In this document: positions 26,875 through 36,500 of the stretch, piece after piece | How positions within the stretch are numbered: the first letter of the stretch is position 1 | Layout of the letters: each line of letters begins with the position of its first letter | IMG/VR virus record: IMGVR_UViG_3300036715_000626 | Span: 62,001 to 126,000 of that record | DNA length: 64,000 bases | Strand: one strand, 5' to 3' | Position numbers and translations under genes: made by a program | The notes under the pieces: generated by a model | Seen by the model: only the letters and a program-made list of their open reading frames with translations | The model's database searches: none | Told to the model about the DNA's origin: nothing

Positions 26875-28170
26875 ATGGCACAAATTACTAATAGAATAGA
26901 ATCATCAGTTATTACTAACCTACAAAGTACCAAATTCGATGTAGCTTCAGAAGCAGTAGCAGTAGCTGGTAAAGAATCACTATCCACAATAGCAGCGCAA
27001 AGTAAACTTTTATCAGCTGGCGGTTGTGCTAGTGCATTAGGCGGTCTTGGTGCTAGTGCATTGGGTTCACTAAGCGGTCTTGGATTAGACGCATTAGGTC
27101 TAAGTGGAGTTAATGAAAAACTAGGTATCTTTAAAGGATCGTTAGCTGCAGCTAAATCACTGTTACCATCATCAGCTACGTTAGCAGGTCTTAAAAACGC
27201 CATTCCTAGAGGCTTACCACCTAAGAGTATATGTGGTATAAGTCTAAAGAATCCTATGGCGTCTATGTCTACTATTCTTAGTGCACAAGGACTAGATACT
27301 AAAAGTCTAATATCCAAAGCTGGGTTACTGGAATCTAAATTATTGGATTCGGTACTTACAAATGATACTAAGAAATTATTAAATAATGCTATAGGTACTG
27401 CTAATGGTTTAAGCTCTGTTAGTATATCTAAAATAAAAGATAGTATTAGTAAACAACTTAGTTTATCAGGCGGTAGTCTTAAAGATAAATTGAATCTTGT
27501 TAAGCTTATAAGTAGCGGAGTAGACATAAATAAAATCTCTGCTTTATCCAAAACCAAGAAGCCAGTGACCATAGCTACCAATACAGCGATCATAAACCAC
27601 CTCACAACGATCGATCCTAGTTTAGCTGCCTCGTATATCCAACAAGCACTAAACGACACGTCTAGCACTAATACTGTGATGACTAAAGAGATCATCATGA
27701 CAAGTATGGCTTCATCACTAACAGCTAACAATGATACACATGTAGAATCTAAGTTATTATTGTTATCAAGCCTAGCAACTACTATAAAAACTGGGTCAGC
27801 TAAAGAGAGTGCCACTTTAAGTGTTGCTACTAAAGGTGTTACAGATAAAGTACTCGCTAATCTAAGTACAGCTGATACGAGTAATTCTACTAGTCCTGTG
27901 AGTGACTATAACAATATAATCACTTCGTTAAACACACTGGACGCTAGTTGGAACAAAGATTCGTTAGGCGAAATAAACTATTCTGTTGTTATGCGAAATA
28001 AACGACTAGTTACATTATCCAATAAGCTAATAGCTACAAATAACGTAGCTCCTGTATTAAATGGTAATGCTGATACAACATTACCAGATTATTTACAAAT
28101 TGCTATATTAAGTAGTATCGCAGGTAACACTGAAGCTCCTGTCAGTAGATGCTCTAAAATAGCCATATAA
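26875..28170 (+). CDS. putative virion structural protein
   Basis: 431 aa, S/A/L/G-rich, within the tail gene cluster. Confidence 0.65.
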   Translation: MAQITNRIESSVITNLQSTKFDVASEAVAVAGKESLSTIAAQSKLLSAGGCASALGGLGASALGSLSGLGLDALGLSGVNEKLGIFKGSLAAAKSLLPSSATLAGLKNAIPRGLPPKSICGISLKNPMASMSTILSAQGLDTKSLISKAGLLESKLLDSVLTNDTKKLLNNAIGTANGLSSVSISKIKDSISKQLSLSGGSLKDKLNLVKLISSGVDINKISALSKTKKPVTIATNTAIINHLTTIDPSLAASYIQQALNDTSSTNTVMTKEIIMTSMASSLTANNDTHVESKLLLLSSLATTIKTGSAKESATLSVATKGVTDKVLANLSTADTSNSTSPVSDYNNIITSLNTLDASWNKDSLGEINYSVVMRNKRLVTLSNKLIATNNVAPVLNGNADTTLPDYLQIAILSSIAGNTEAPVSRCSKIAI

Positions 28171-28171
28171 C

Positions 28172-28203
28172 ATGTACTACATACCATATGGTATGTAGTA
28201 CAT
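28172..28203. terminator. bidirectional terminator
   Basis: Perfect 32-bp palindrome between convergent stops. Confidence 0.75.
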
Positions 28204-28206
28204 AGT

Positions 28207-30378
28207 TTATTGTGCGTTAAGGTTACTAAGTGTTAGAGCGTGGTCTGAAGCAACACCACCTAGTATGAATCTTAGATTCTCACCGGTACGCATACCCCAT
28301 GCTGATGGAGATATTGCTTGGTCTACGTTCATTAACATACGAGATGCTTTCATCTTCAATCTGTTGATAATATACTTATCGGTATTAATATCACGAGATG
28401 CTAATGTAGCTATATAATTAGATAACGGAGTATTATCTTCTAAAGAAACATTGAATACATCAAATACGCTACTATTAACAGGAGCAGCTATCAACGAACT
28501 AAAATCGGTTACTGTAAAACTAACATCTATAGCAAGAGGTCGTTTTTGTTTATTAAATCCTAAGTTACTCGTACCACGGGTAATTGATAAACTTGTGATC
28601 ATACCCATATTTATCTTTTGAACACCTTTGTTATAAAGACGACATAAGAATGGTGACGTATATGATGCTTTACCGGTAGCTAATGGTAACGTACCAGCTA
28701 ATAACATAGCTAACGGAATATACATATTCTGTAATTGTGATAAGGCGTTACCATAAGGCGATATAAGTTGGATATTGTAAGTAATGCTAGGAAAACTACT
28801 ATCGCTATCTTCCCATTTCTTAGGAAGGTCTATGAAACCACCACCTGTTAATGTAGCCAACACACTAGAAGCGCCAAAGGTTACACTGTCTAACGCTCCA
28901 GCTATCATATCTTTACCATACTGTAAAACTTTCTCAACAGTATTTGTAAGGTTACCACCAGCAAGATTAAATTTAACATCTCTAGCTCTACCGCCTACTT
29001 GCTTAAGCATTTGTCCAGAGGATATCTCACCAACACTATTGCTAAAACTTTCACTTACACTACCAACATAGTCAACTGCAAATACCGCGTACATACCACC
29101 ATCACGAACAGTAGAGTCAATAGCGCCAGCAAATTTCTCTAGATAAGTAGCTTCAGGTGTTAAATCAATAGGATAAGTACCGTTTTCATTTTTCTTAAGA
29201 GATGGTTTACCAGGGTCAGCTACTGGAGCTGGTTTACCGGTAGCGTCTGCTGGAGCTGATGGTTGTTCAGGGAGCTGTTTATTTTCTTGTAGATCTGGTG
29301 CTAACCAGTTACCAGATTTAAGGTTTTTAAGATGGTTTATATAAAACATAAATGACCCTCTGGCATTTATATCATTCCAAAATCCAGATCCAGGAGCTGT
29401 GCTATCCAGTTGCGTTGTTTTGGTACCTAATACATAACCCATATAATCTTTACCAGCGGCTAAGCCTTTTCTATCAGCAAGCTCTTTTTCTCTAAGCTGT
29501 TGACTATTAGCCATCGCTTGGGCTCTGGTTGCCATCATAAAGACATCGATATAGTTAGAAGAGCTACTAAACAATCCTGGTATCATATCTCCAATACCAG
29601 GATAATTTTTATCAGTACTATGAATATCATCTGTAGTTATTTTAACAGGAATACCCATTTGTTGTGCTTCTGTTGCGCTAGCCATAAGCTCAGGCATTAG
29701 TATACCCATTTCAGTAGCTAGGTTAGTAACGATAGTATTTACAGTACCCCAGTAAAGATGCATAGCTGGTTCTAAGTAATAATATGAAAATGGTTCATTA
29801 CCAACAGCTAATTTACTTAGACTGGTAATAACCCAAATAGTTACCGTTATAAGTGGAAACGCCGCTAACATAAGTCCACCACCGACTATCTTACCAATTT
29901 TATAAGCGATAGGGCTTCTACCAGTATTAGCAACGACACTGTCTTCATAATCAATAGCTCTAGTAAAGTAATCTATCAATCCATTGAATTTAGGTAACCC
30001 AAATTCTAGGAATACAAATTGTTGGTTATCGTCGATGCTTTCAGAATAATATCTACCCATACCATGACCCCCGATATCGTGCCATGCTGTAGTTACTTCT
30101 TCACGCTTCATACGATCTTTACCCTTTAAATCGCAGTACCGTGTAAATTGTGGTCTACAGTTTATGGCTAGATTACCACCCCAGCTAGTATCGGTAAACT
30201 TTCTACTAGTACTGGAATTAAAACGATTCTTTTTGTCAATAGTTTCTTCTAAACTTGAACTAGGGGTCATAAATCGTGACATAACCCATTCTTTATCAAT
30301 AACTCGTACGTCATCATTAACTTTACTAGTTTTATCACCATTACTGAAAATATTCTTTAAATCATACACGGTTGCCAT
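28207..30378 (-). CDS. conserved phiKZ-like virion (tail/baseplate) protein
   Basis: KFTDTS.GGN.AIN..PQFTRY.D; GMGRYYSE.IDDN motifs. Confidence 0.7.
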   Translation of the reverse strand: MATVYDLKNIFSNGDKTSKVNDDVRVIDKEWVMSRFMTPSSSLEETIDKKNRFNSSTSRKFTDTSWGGNLAINCRPQFTRYCDLKGKDRMKREEVTTAWHDIGGHGMGRYYSESIDDNQQFVFLEFGLPKFNGLIDYFTRAIDYEDSVVANTGRSPIAYKIGKIVGGGLMLAAFPLITVTIWVITSLSKLAVGNEPFSYYYLEPAMHLYWGTVNTIVTNLATEMGILMPELMASATEAQQMGIPVKITTDDIHSTDKNYPGIGDMIPGLFSSSSNYIDVFMMATRAQAMANSQQLREKELADRKGLAAGKDYMGYVLGTKTTQLDSTAPGSGFWNDINARGSFMFYINHLKNLKSGNWLAPDLQENKQLPEQPSAPADATGKPAPVADPGKPSLKKNENGTYPIDLTPEATYLEKFAGAIDSTVRDGGMYAVFAVDYVGSVSESFSNSVGEISSGQMLKQVGGRARDVKFNLAGGNLTNTVEKVLQYGKDMIAGALDSVTFGASSVLATLTGGGFIDLPKKWEDSDSSFPSITYNIQLISPYGNALSQLQNMYIPLAMLLAGTLPLATGKASYTSPFLCRLYNKGVQKINMGMITSLSITRGTSNLGFNKQKRPLAIDVSFTVTDFSSLIAAPVNSSVFDVFNVSLEDNTPLSNYIATLASRDINTDKYIINRLKMKASRMLMNVDQAISPSAWGMRTGENLRFILGGVASDHALTLSNLNAQ

Positions 30379-30425
30379 AAAAGTCCTTTAAACGATATGT
30401 GTTGTAGGGTTACCTACAACACATA

Positions 30426-31220
30426 TTACCAAATTTTCAATATTGAATTTGAGTTATTAAGCGGTGTTGTAGAACGTATGAGCTCGTTAACCATCTCTCG
30501 TTCATCATTGCTTTCTAACGAACAGTTAATACACTCATTGATTTTACCAGCGCTAGATATTTCTGAAATGTCCATACTACATATACTAAGTGTGTCCATA
30601 TAGAAGTTTACTAATGACTCTGAAGAAAGTTTTGTAAATTTGTTAGCTCGTTGAATACCAGGTTCAACTACCCAGTCCCATGTGACGATTTGTGCTAATT
30701 TCTTAACATTAACACCGCCGATCATAACATCCTGAGTAAATGAACGAATACTGAATGCAACGTTACACTCTGGATTGTCAAGATCCTTCTTAAGAGCATC
30801 ACCGTGAATACCGCTTGGTTTAACCCAACCTTCGATAAGAACAGTGTTACCACGACCAGGTAAACCAGAAGGCTCGTTCGTAGGAGTTAGTATGATCTCT
30901 CGAATGTGATGCGATACTAATGGTTGGTGTATACGTAAGTTACGACTAAAGAATTCTGCTTTAGTCATACCTGGTTCATATACAGGATGTCCAGCTTCTC
31001 CTTTTAGATATCCAGCTTTTAATCGGCGAGCTAAACTGTTAGATTCATTCTCGATTAAATCCTTGATACCATCCTCTAAGTAAAAGTCACCTGATGCATT
31101 AAAGGCATTAAGAGCACCCAAAGTTACTCTGTAATATCCATTAGCATCTTGTTCTAATACTTTATTATCTGCAAATGTCTTAATAGACGAAAAAATGATT
31201 TGTCCCATGATTGTATCCAA
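30426..31220 (-). CDS. prohead maturation protease (phiKZ gp175 / T4 gp21-like)
   Basis: GEAGHP (His), FSIRS (Ser), TWDWV.EPG. Confidence 0.85.
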   Translation of the reverse strand: MDTIMGQIIFSSIKTFADNKVLEQDANGYYRVTLGALNAFNASGDFYLEDGIKDLIENESNSLARRLKAGYLKGEAGHPVYEPGMTKAEFFSRNLRIHQPLVSHHIREIILTPTNEPSGLPGRGNTVLIEGWVKPSGIHGDALKKDLDNPECNVAFSIRSFTQDVMIGGVNVKKLAQIVTWDWVVEPGIQRANKFTKLSSESLVNFYMDTLSICSMDISEISSAGKINECINCSLESNDEREMVNELIRSTTPLNNSNSILKIW

Positions 31221-31235
31221 AATTGTTTATTTAAA

Positions 31236-31967
31236 TTAGGCTCTTAATAGGTCCGCTACTAGAGTAGTCTTAGTTTCAGGATCCATGATCGCGTTAGTTA
31301 CTCCGTATCCGTAGTACCCTCCGATTATACGAGCTCCTGTATTATCAAACGCATAATAAATATTATTTAATCCAATGTAAACAGGATCAGCTTTAGCTTT
31401 ATCCAGATTGGTTTCAATAGTTTCGCGTATGCGGATAGTTTTATCATCCTTATGTCTAGCAATAATACTAGTAATGATTTCCATAGTCAATGGATTATTA
31501 CCAACATTACTATCAGCATACTTTTTACTCTCTACCAATAAGTTACTAACATCTTCATAACTTAAGAACCAAGGTATGTTACCCTTAATAAAGAACTCGT
31601 CAAAAATATCGTAAATGAAACTATCTTGTTTTACCAATACTCTCGTAGGCATAAACACATCGTTAGCGTCAAAATGAAGTACCTTATAGACGTTATCGTC
31701 TACAAGTAAGTCAGTTACGTTATTAGGAGATAATTCTTGGAATATAGGAGCACATACGATAGCGTAGTTATTCTCATTATCCAGTACAGCATAAATAGAT
31801 AATAGTCTTATGGTATTACCCATAAAGACTAGTTCTCGGTTCATGTATCGTTCAGGAAATAAAACACGAATGGTTTTAGTAGTTACAACCGTTTCCCCTA
31901 CATTCTTAAAAAATGATTTTACTAACTCAGGGTTACGTTTTAAACTATGAACAGATAACTTATCCAT
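31236..31967 (-). CDS. conserved phiKZ-like protein (gp176-like by position)
   Basis: 243 aa in the protease-vRNAP operon. Confidence 0.7.
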   Translation of the reverse strand: MDKLSVHSLKRNPELVKSFFKNVGETVVTTKTIRVLFPERYMNRELVFMGNTIRLLSIYAVLDNENNYAIVCAPIFQELSPNNVTDLLVDDNVYKVLHFDANDVFMPTRVLVKQDSFIYDIFDEFFIKGNIPWFLSYEDVSNLLVESKKYADSNVGNNPLTMEIITSIIARHKDDKTIRIRETIETNLDKAKADPVYIGLNNIYYAFDNTGARIIGGYYGYGVTNAIMDPETKTTLVADLLRA

Positions 31968-31968
31968 A

Positions 31969-33291
31969 TTACATACGGCTTATATCGTTAACCGTTACTT
32001 GCTGTAGTAAATAGTCCATGATAACTTCAGCGCTTGCTAATGAAGCTGCGTCTTTACCAGAAATACTCGGGTTGATACGGCTGAATTCTAACATATAATT
32101 AACAAAACGGTAGAAGTTAGTTTCCGGTACTAAAATAACACCGACTACTTCTTTAGAGATAAAGTCTACATCCATAAGGAAAGAAGATTCTTTACCACTA
32201 AGCATCGCTTGTAACATTTTATCAGCGTCAGCGTAAGATACTTTGATAAACTCAGTTAGATCACCAGGTACGTTCTCTAACAATTCTCTTAACGAGATAC
32301 TGTAGAACATTTTGTACTTAGAAGCTTCTGTATATGACGCAGCGATTTTATCCAACTTAACTTTTTTGTCCCAAGTAGATTTATACGCATCCGCTTTGGC
32401 AGTAATGTCAGCTAGAGTAGAATTTTCAAGATCATATGATGTTACTGAAGTTAACATACCAAGAAGGACTTCAGATTCATACCCACCTGCAATAAACTCT
32501 TTATATACATCACCAGCTACTGTAAGCGTGAATGGATTCTCGCTACGAATAACAAGACGTTTTACAGAAGTATATGTATCCATAACTTTAATAGCATTTG
32601 CTAGCAAGTTAAGTAACTCATTAACAAAGTAATTCATAGTTAAGTTAAATGTTTCTTCTGGGATGTTTACTCCGGCAGGTCGCTCTTCGCGAAGTTTAAT
32701 AGCTAATACATAAAGTACTGCTACCAAGTCAACATTGTCAACAGGATACAACGAAAGCTCGTTGATAAAGTTATTACCACCACTTACGTTAAGTAGGTAC
32801 TTATTCCAAATACCGACCAGATCTTCTTCAGTATACTGGGAAACGATCATCTGTAGTTTTTTATCCATAAATGGATCTACTAATGTAAGTAAAGACTTGA
32901 TAGGTGTTTCAGGTACCGGAAATGAAAGAACTGTTACTGGAAGAGTACTAGGAGTACGAGCTGGTTGGATAGCACCACTTACTTGTAACGAAATAACAAA
33001 TTCCGGAATATTACGAGGAATAATTCGGTATTGACTATATGGGTTAACTGCAGCCGATTGTGCAATTTTCTCTTTTACCAAATTAGTAAAAGTTTCCATA
33101 AATGGTAGTAATTTTGTTTTAACAAGAATAAGATCGTTCATGCCACTAGCCGCAATAGCTCCAGCTACTTTATTAAGATCTTCTTCTTTATTACCATAAA
33201 GATTCAAAGCAGCGAATACGCTGTTGTTTCCAAATGTTAATGATGCTCGTTTATTAGCTAGAGCGCCAGCAATAAGGTTAGTTGCAATCAT
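31969..33291 (-). CDS. conserved phiKZ-like virion protein (gp177-like by position)
   Basis: Start moved to MIATNL at 33291, which follows an AAGGA RBS. Confidence 0.7.
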   Translation of the reverse strand: MIATNLIAGALANKRASLTFGNNSVFAALNLYGNKEEDLNKVAGAIAASGMNDLILVKTKLLPFMETFTNLVKEKIAQSAAVNPYSQYRIIPRNIPEFVISLQVSGAIQPARTPSTLPVTVLSFPVPETPIKSLLTLVDPFMDKKLQMIVSQYTEEDLVGIWNKYLLNVSGGNNFINELSLYPVDNVDLVAVLYVLAIKLREERPAGVNIPEETFNLTMNYFVNELLNLLANAIKVMDTYTSVKRLVIRSENPFTLTVAGDVYKEFIAGGYESEVLLGMLTSVTSYDLENSTLADITAKADAYKSTWDKKVKLDKIAASYTEASKYKMFYSISLRELLENVPGDLTEFIKVSYADADKMLQAMLSGKESSFLMDVDFISKEVVGVILVPETNFYRFVNYMLEFSRINPSISGKDAASLASAEVIMDYLLQQVTVNDISRM

Positions 33292-33301
33292 GGTTTCTTC
33301 C

Positions 33302-33511
33302 TTAGTCGATTTTAAATGTTTTGCGGAGTTTGTTTTCGATAATAGCATCGAGGTTGTTATTGAGGGTCATTAATTCAGCAGCATTTGTTGGTGCTGTCAA
33401 GATATCGCCTTCAGGATTACTATTAACTAGAATGTCCATAGATCGTTTAGCAACTCTTACAATGATGTCAAGCGCGTACATATTATTCTCTGTTAGATTG
33501 TCAGCAAGCAT
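33302..33511 (-). CDS. small hypothetical protein
   Basis: 69 aa, GGGG RBS. Confidence 0.6.
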   Translation of the reverse strand: MLADNLTENNMYALDIIVRVAKRSMDILVNSNPEGDILTAPTNAAELMTLNNNLDAIIENKLRKTFKID

Positions 33512-33545
33512 AGTTAGCCCCTATATGTTATAATATCAATAAAAG

Positions 33546-33575
33546 ACTAACTGACGCATAGATGCGTCAGTTAGT
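33546..33575. terminator. terminator after vRNAP beta
   Basis: 14-bp arms, AG centre. Confidence 0.7.
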
Positions 33576-36500
33576 TATAAGAATTTAGCATCCTTTTTCA
33601 AAGGATCTTTTTTCTGCATTTCTTTCCACTGGTCAAAAGTTATTACTTTAAACCCATCGATAGTTGTTCCGTCAATAGAAAATAATGATTTATCATTTAC
33701 ATTAGGTACAGCTATTTCATGGATAAAACTTAGATTACCAATATCTAACTGTGCACATTCTGAACCAGGTTTACAATTAGGTTTGTTCAGTTCCTTTTGA
33801 ATTTTTTCAAAGACATCTTTTTTAATACCTATATCCAAATCATTAGGATACCGCAATCCATGTATACCAAGAACAATACTTCCAAATAAAACAATAGAGT
33901 TTTTAGGTACGTCATGTTCAGAACAAAATGTTTTTAGCTCATCTAGCAGAGATTTAACACGCTTACTAATAACATCTTTTGAAGTTTTATCAACCTCTTT
34001 TAATCCTTCAGTAGCTACATCTCCAAAATACATATCGAGTGCTTTATCAGTTATAACAGACAATAATGTGCTAGTTGTCCCTATTAAATCGGGAGAGTTA
34101 ACAATCCTTGCTTTAATCGAAGTATTAGAGAACACAAGATCTATTTCTTTGTTATCCATAGTCTTCATATCATACTCGTATACTTCACCAACAGTAAACT
34201 TAAGTTGGTTACCTAAAATAGCTTTATCTCCGATACCCATAGTGTCTAGTACTTGGATATATATTTTTATTTCTACTTGGTCTGGTAATAATGATGTGCC
34301 ATTAACCCGATAGGTAGAATTAACACGACCCGTTTGTCCTACATCATGTTTAAGATCTTCATCAGTAAGCGCGATTAGATCTTGTAACGATTTAGACATG
34401 GTATCTAATTCACAATTGTAGTAAACTACTATTTTACTAATAGTCCCGCGCAACTTAGCTTTAGGAGAAACGTTTTTAAGATTTTGTAGAATTGCTAACG
34501 CTCGTTCGTCTAACTCTTTACCGTTAATAGAGATACCATCAGTTATAGTAAACAATACGTCACTAGGTTCTAATAAGGTTCCTTTCGGTTTAATGCCAAT
34601 TATATTATCAGTATTGCTAACAATGATAGATTTAACCTTAGTAACGGTAGCAGCCATCTCTTGATTCATTCTCTTAGAGATAGCAGCAGAGTCTTCAAAA
34701 GTTTGAATATCTTCCATCAACGCAACATTAACATAAATACCAGATTTGTAAATAACACGTTTACGATTAAACACATCTGGTTCGAAGAAACTAGTAGCAT
34801 ATGCTAATGTATCATCTTTAACTACAGTATCACCTACTATAAGAGAAGTAGTCATATAGTGGGTGTAACAACTACCAGATTCTTCTTTAGTAGTCCAAGA
34901 ACTTAATTTAATACGCTCTTGTTTTTTATCACTATACATAACCACAATTTCGGATTTAGTTACTTTAGTAACAATTCCGTCAGTACGAGCAATTTTAACA
35001 TATTTACCAGCTGCTTTAATAGGTAAGATAGCTTCATAACCAGTACGTACAAATGGAGCTCTCATATTGATCATCGGGATAGTATGTGAGTTCTGAATAT
35101 TGACGAAGTTCAATCTTTTTACATCCTCAGTTATTGCGAACGGAGCTAGCATAGAACTCGTGCTGAGTATGCTAGAGAATCCATTAGCATCGATGTCAAA
35201 ATTACCCACGATACCACGAGTATTAGATAAATTAGGATTAGCAGACATATAGGCGCTAATACCAACATCACCGCTATCTGGAGAAGATTCAGAAACTAAT
35301 CCTATCTCGCTACTATGCATTTCGCGAGTATCTCTAGACATACCTTCTTTACTTCTACCACCATGCCCTAAGTAGGTAATGGTTTCTGCTTGTTTCACTA
35401 TAGTAATAGGATTAAGATCATCAACCATAACCGTAGTGCTATCCTGATCTATTTTATTAACAACAGCATACGGATATACAGTCATTTTACTTCTACTAAA
35501 GAAACTACGATTACGGTGTTCTTTAATACTATTTACTAATTCACTATAGAGTATAGCAGAGATGCGTTCGTAACCTTTGATACTCATTTCGGTAATATTA
35601 TTAGGATTATTATAATTGTCATCAGAAAGTAAGTCAACTGCTTTTAACAACATACCTTTAAAGTTAACAGGTTGTTTAAGTTGCTCTAGAATAGTCATAG
35701 TCGTAGGATCTATAAACATTTCTTCTAAAAGTTTAATCTCGTTGATATATAGAATACTGAGCTTCATTAAGTTGAAAATGTTAGCAAACTTAGATCGTGT
35801 ATTCAAAGTATCTTTAGGAACACTAACTAAAGTAGTGTTCATAGTAGATAATCCATAGAATACCATATCAGCTTGTTTATGTGTTTTTTCAAAAATATAT
35901 TTATAATCTTTAAACGTTACTACATATTCATTAGCTGCTATGGTTGTTCGTACACTCATAGGAACTATTCTAAACTCAGGTTTTAACAAATGAATAAGAT
36001 TATCAAACCCAATATAATACGCTAGTAAAAATCCTACCGGAAATTGTTCCTTATAAATGCGCACATTAGCATATTCAATAGGTCCAGAATCTTTATGGAT
36101 ATTTAACATCTTAAAGATATCATCGATCTCATGATACTTCTTACCTTCATATCGATACAGCTTACTGTTCATATCCATTACAACAGGAGTAGTTCCAACA
36201 GTACCAACCATAACAGTACCATTATCCTCTATACCTTTAAGCATATCATCAGTCAGGTCTTTTATCATTTTCTTACGGTTATAGTAATCAAAACTAAAGG
36301 AAATGTTTCCGTAACGGAAAGCTTTAATATATCGAGATATAATATTGTAATCTTCAGGAAGAACAGCATCAATATTTTCAATAGTGAGCATAACAATATC
36401 TTTAAGTTTATTGTCTACTTCATATTTAGCTATAAGTTGTTTTCTAAACCAGTAGCCGATGTCATCTTTCTTAAAGGTAGCATTAGTTACGAATAGTTTA

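Noticed and set aside
26838-27815. 325-aa antisense ORF
   Set aside because: Mirror of a low-complexity sense gene; no RBS or motifs
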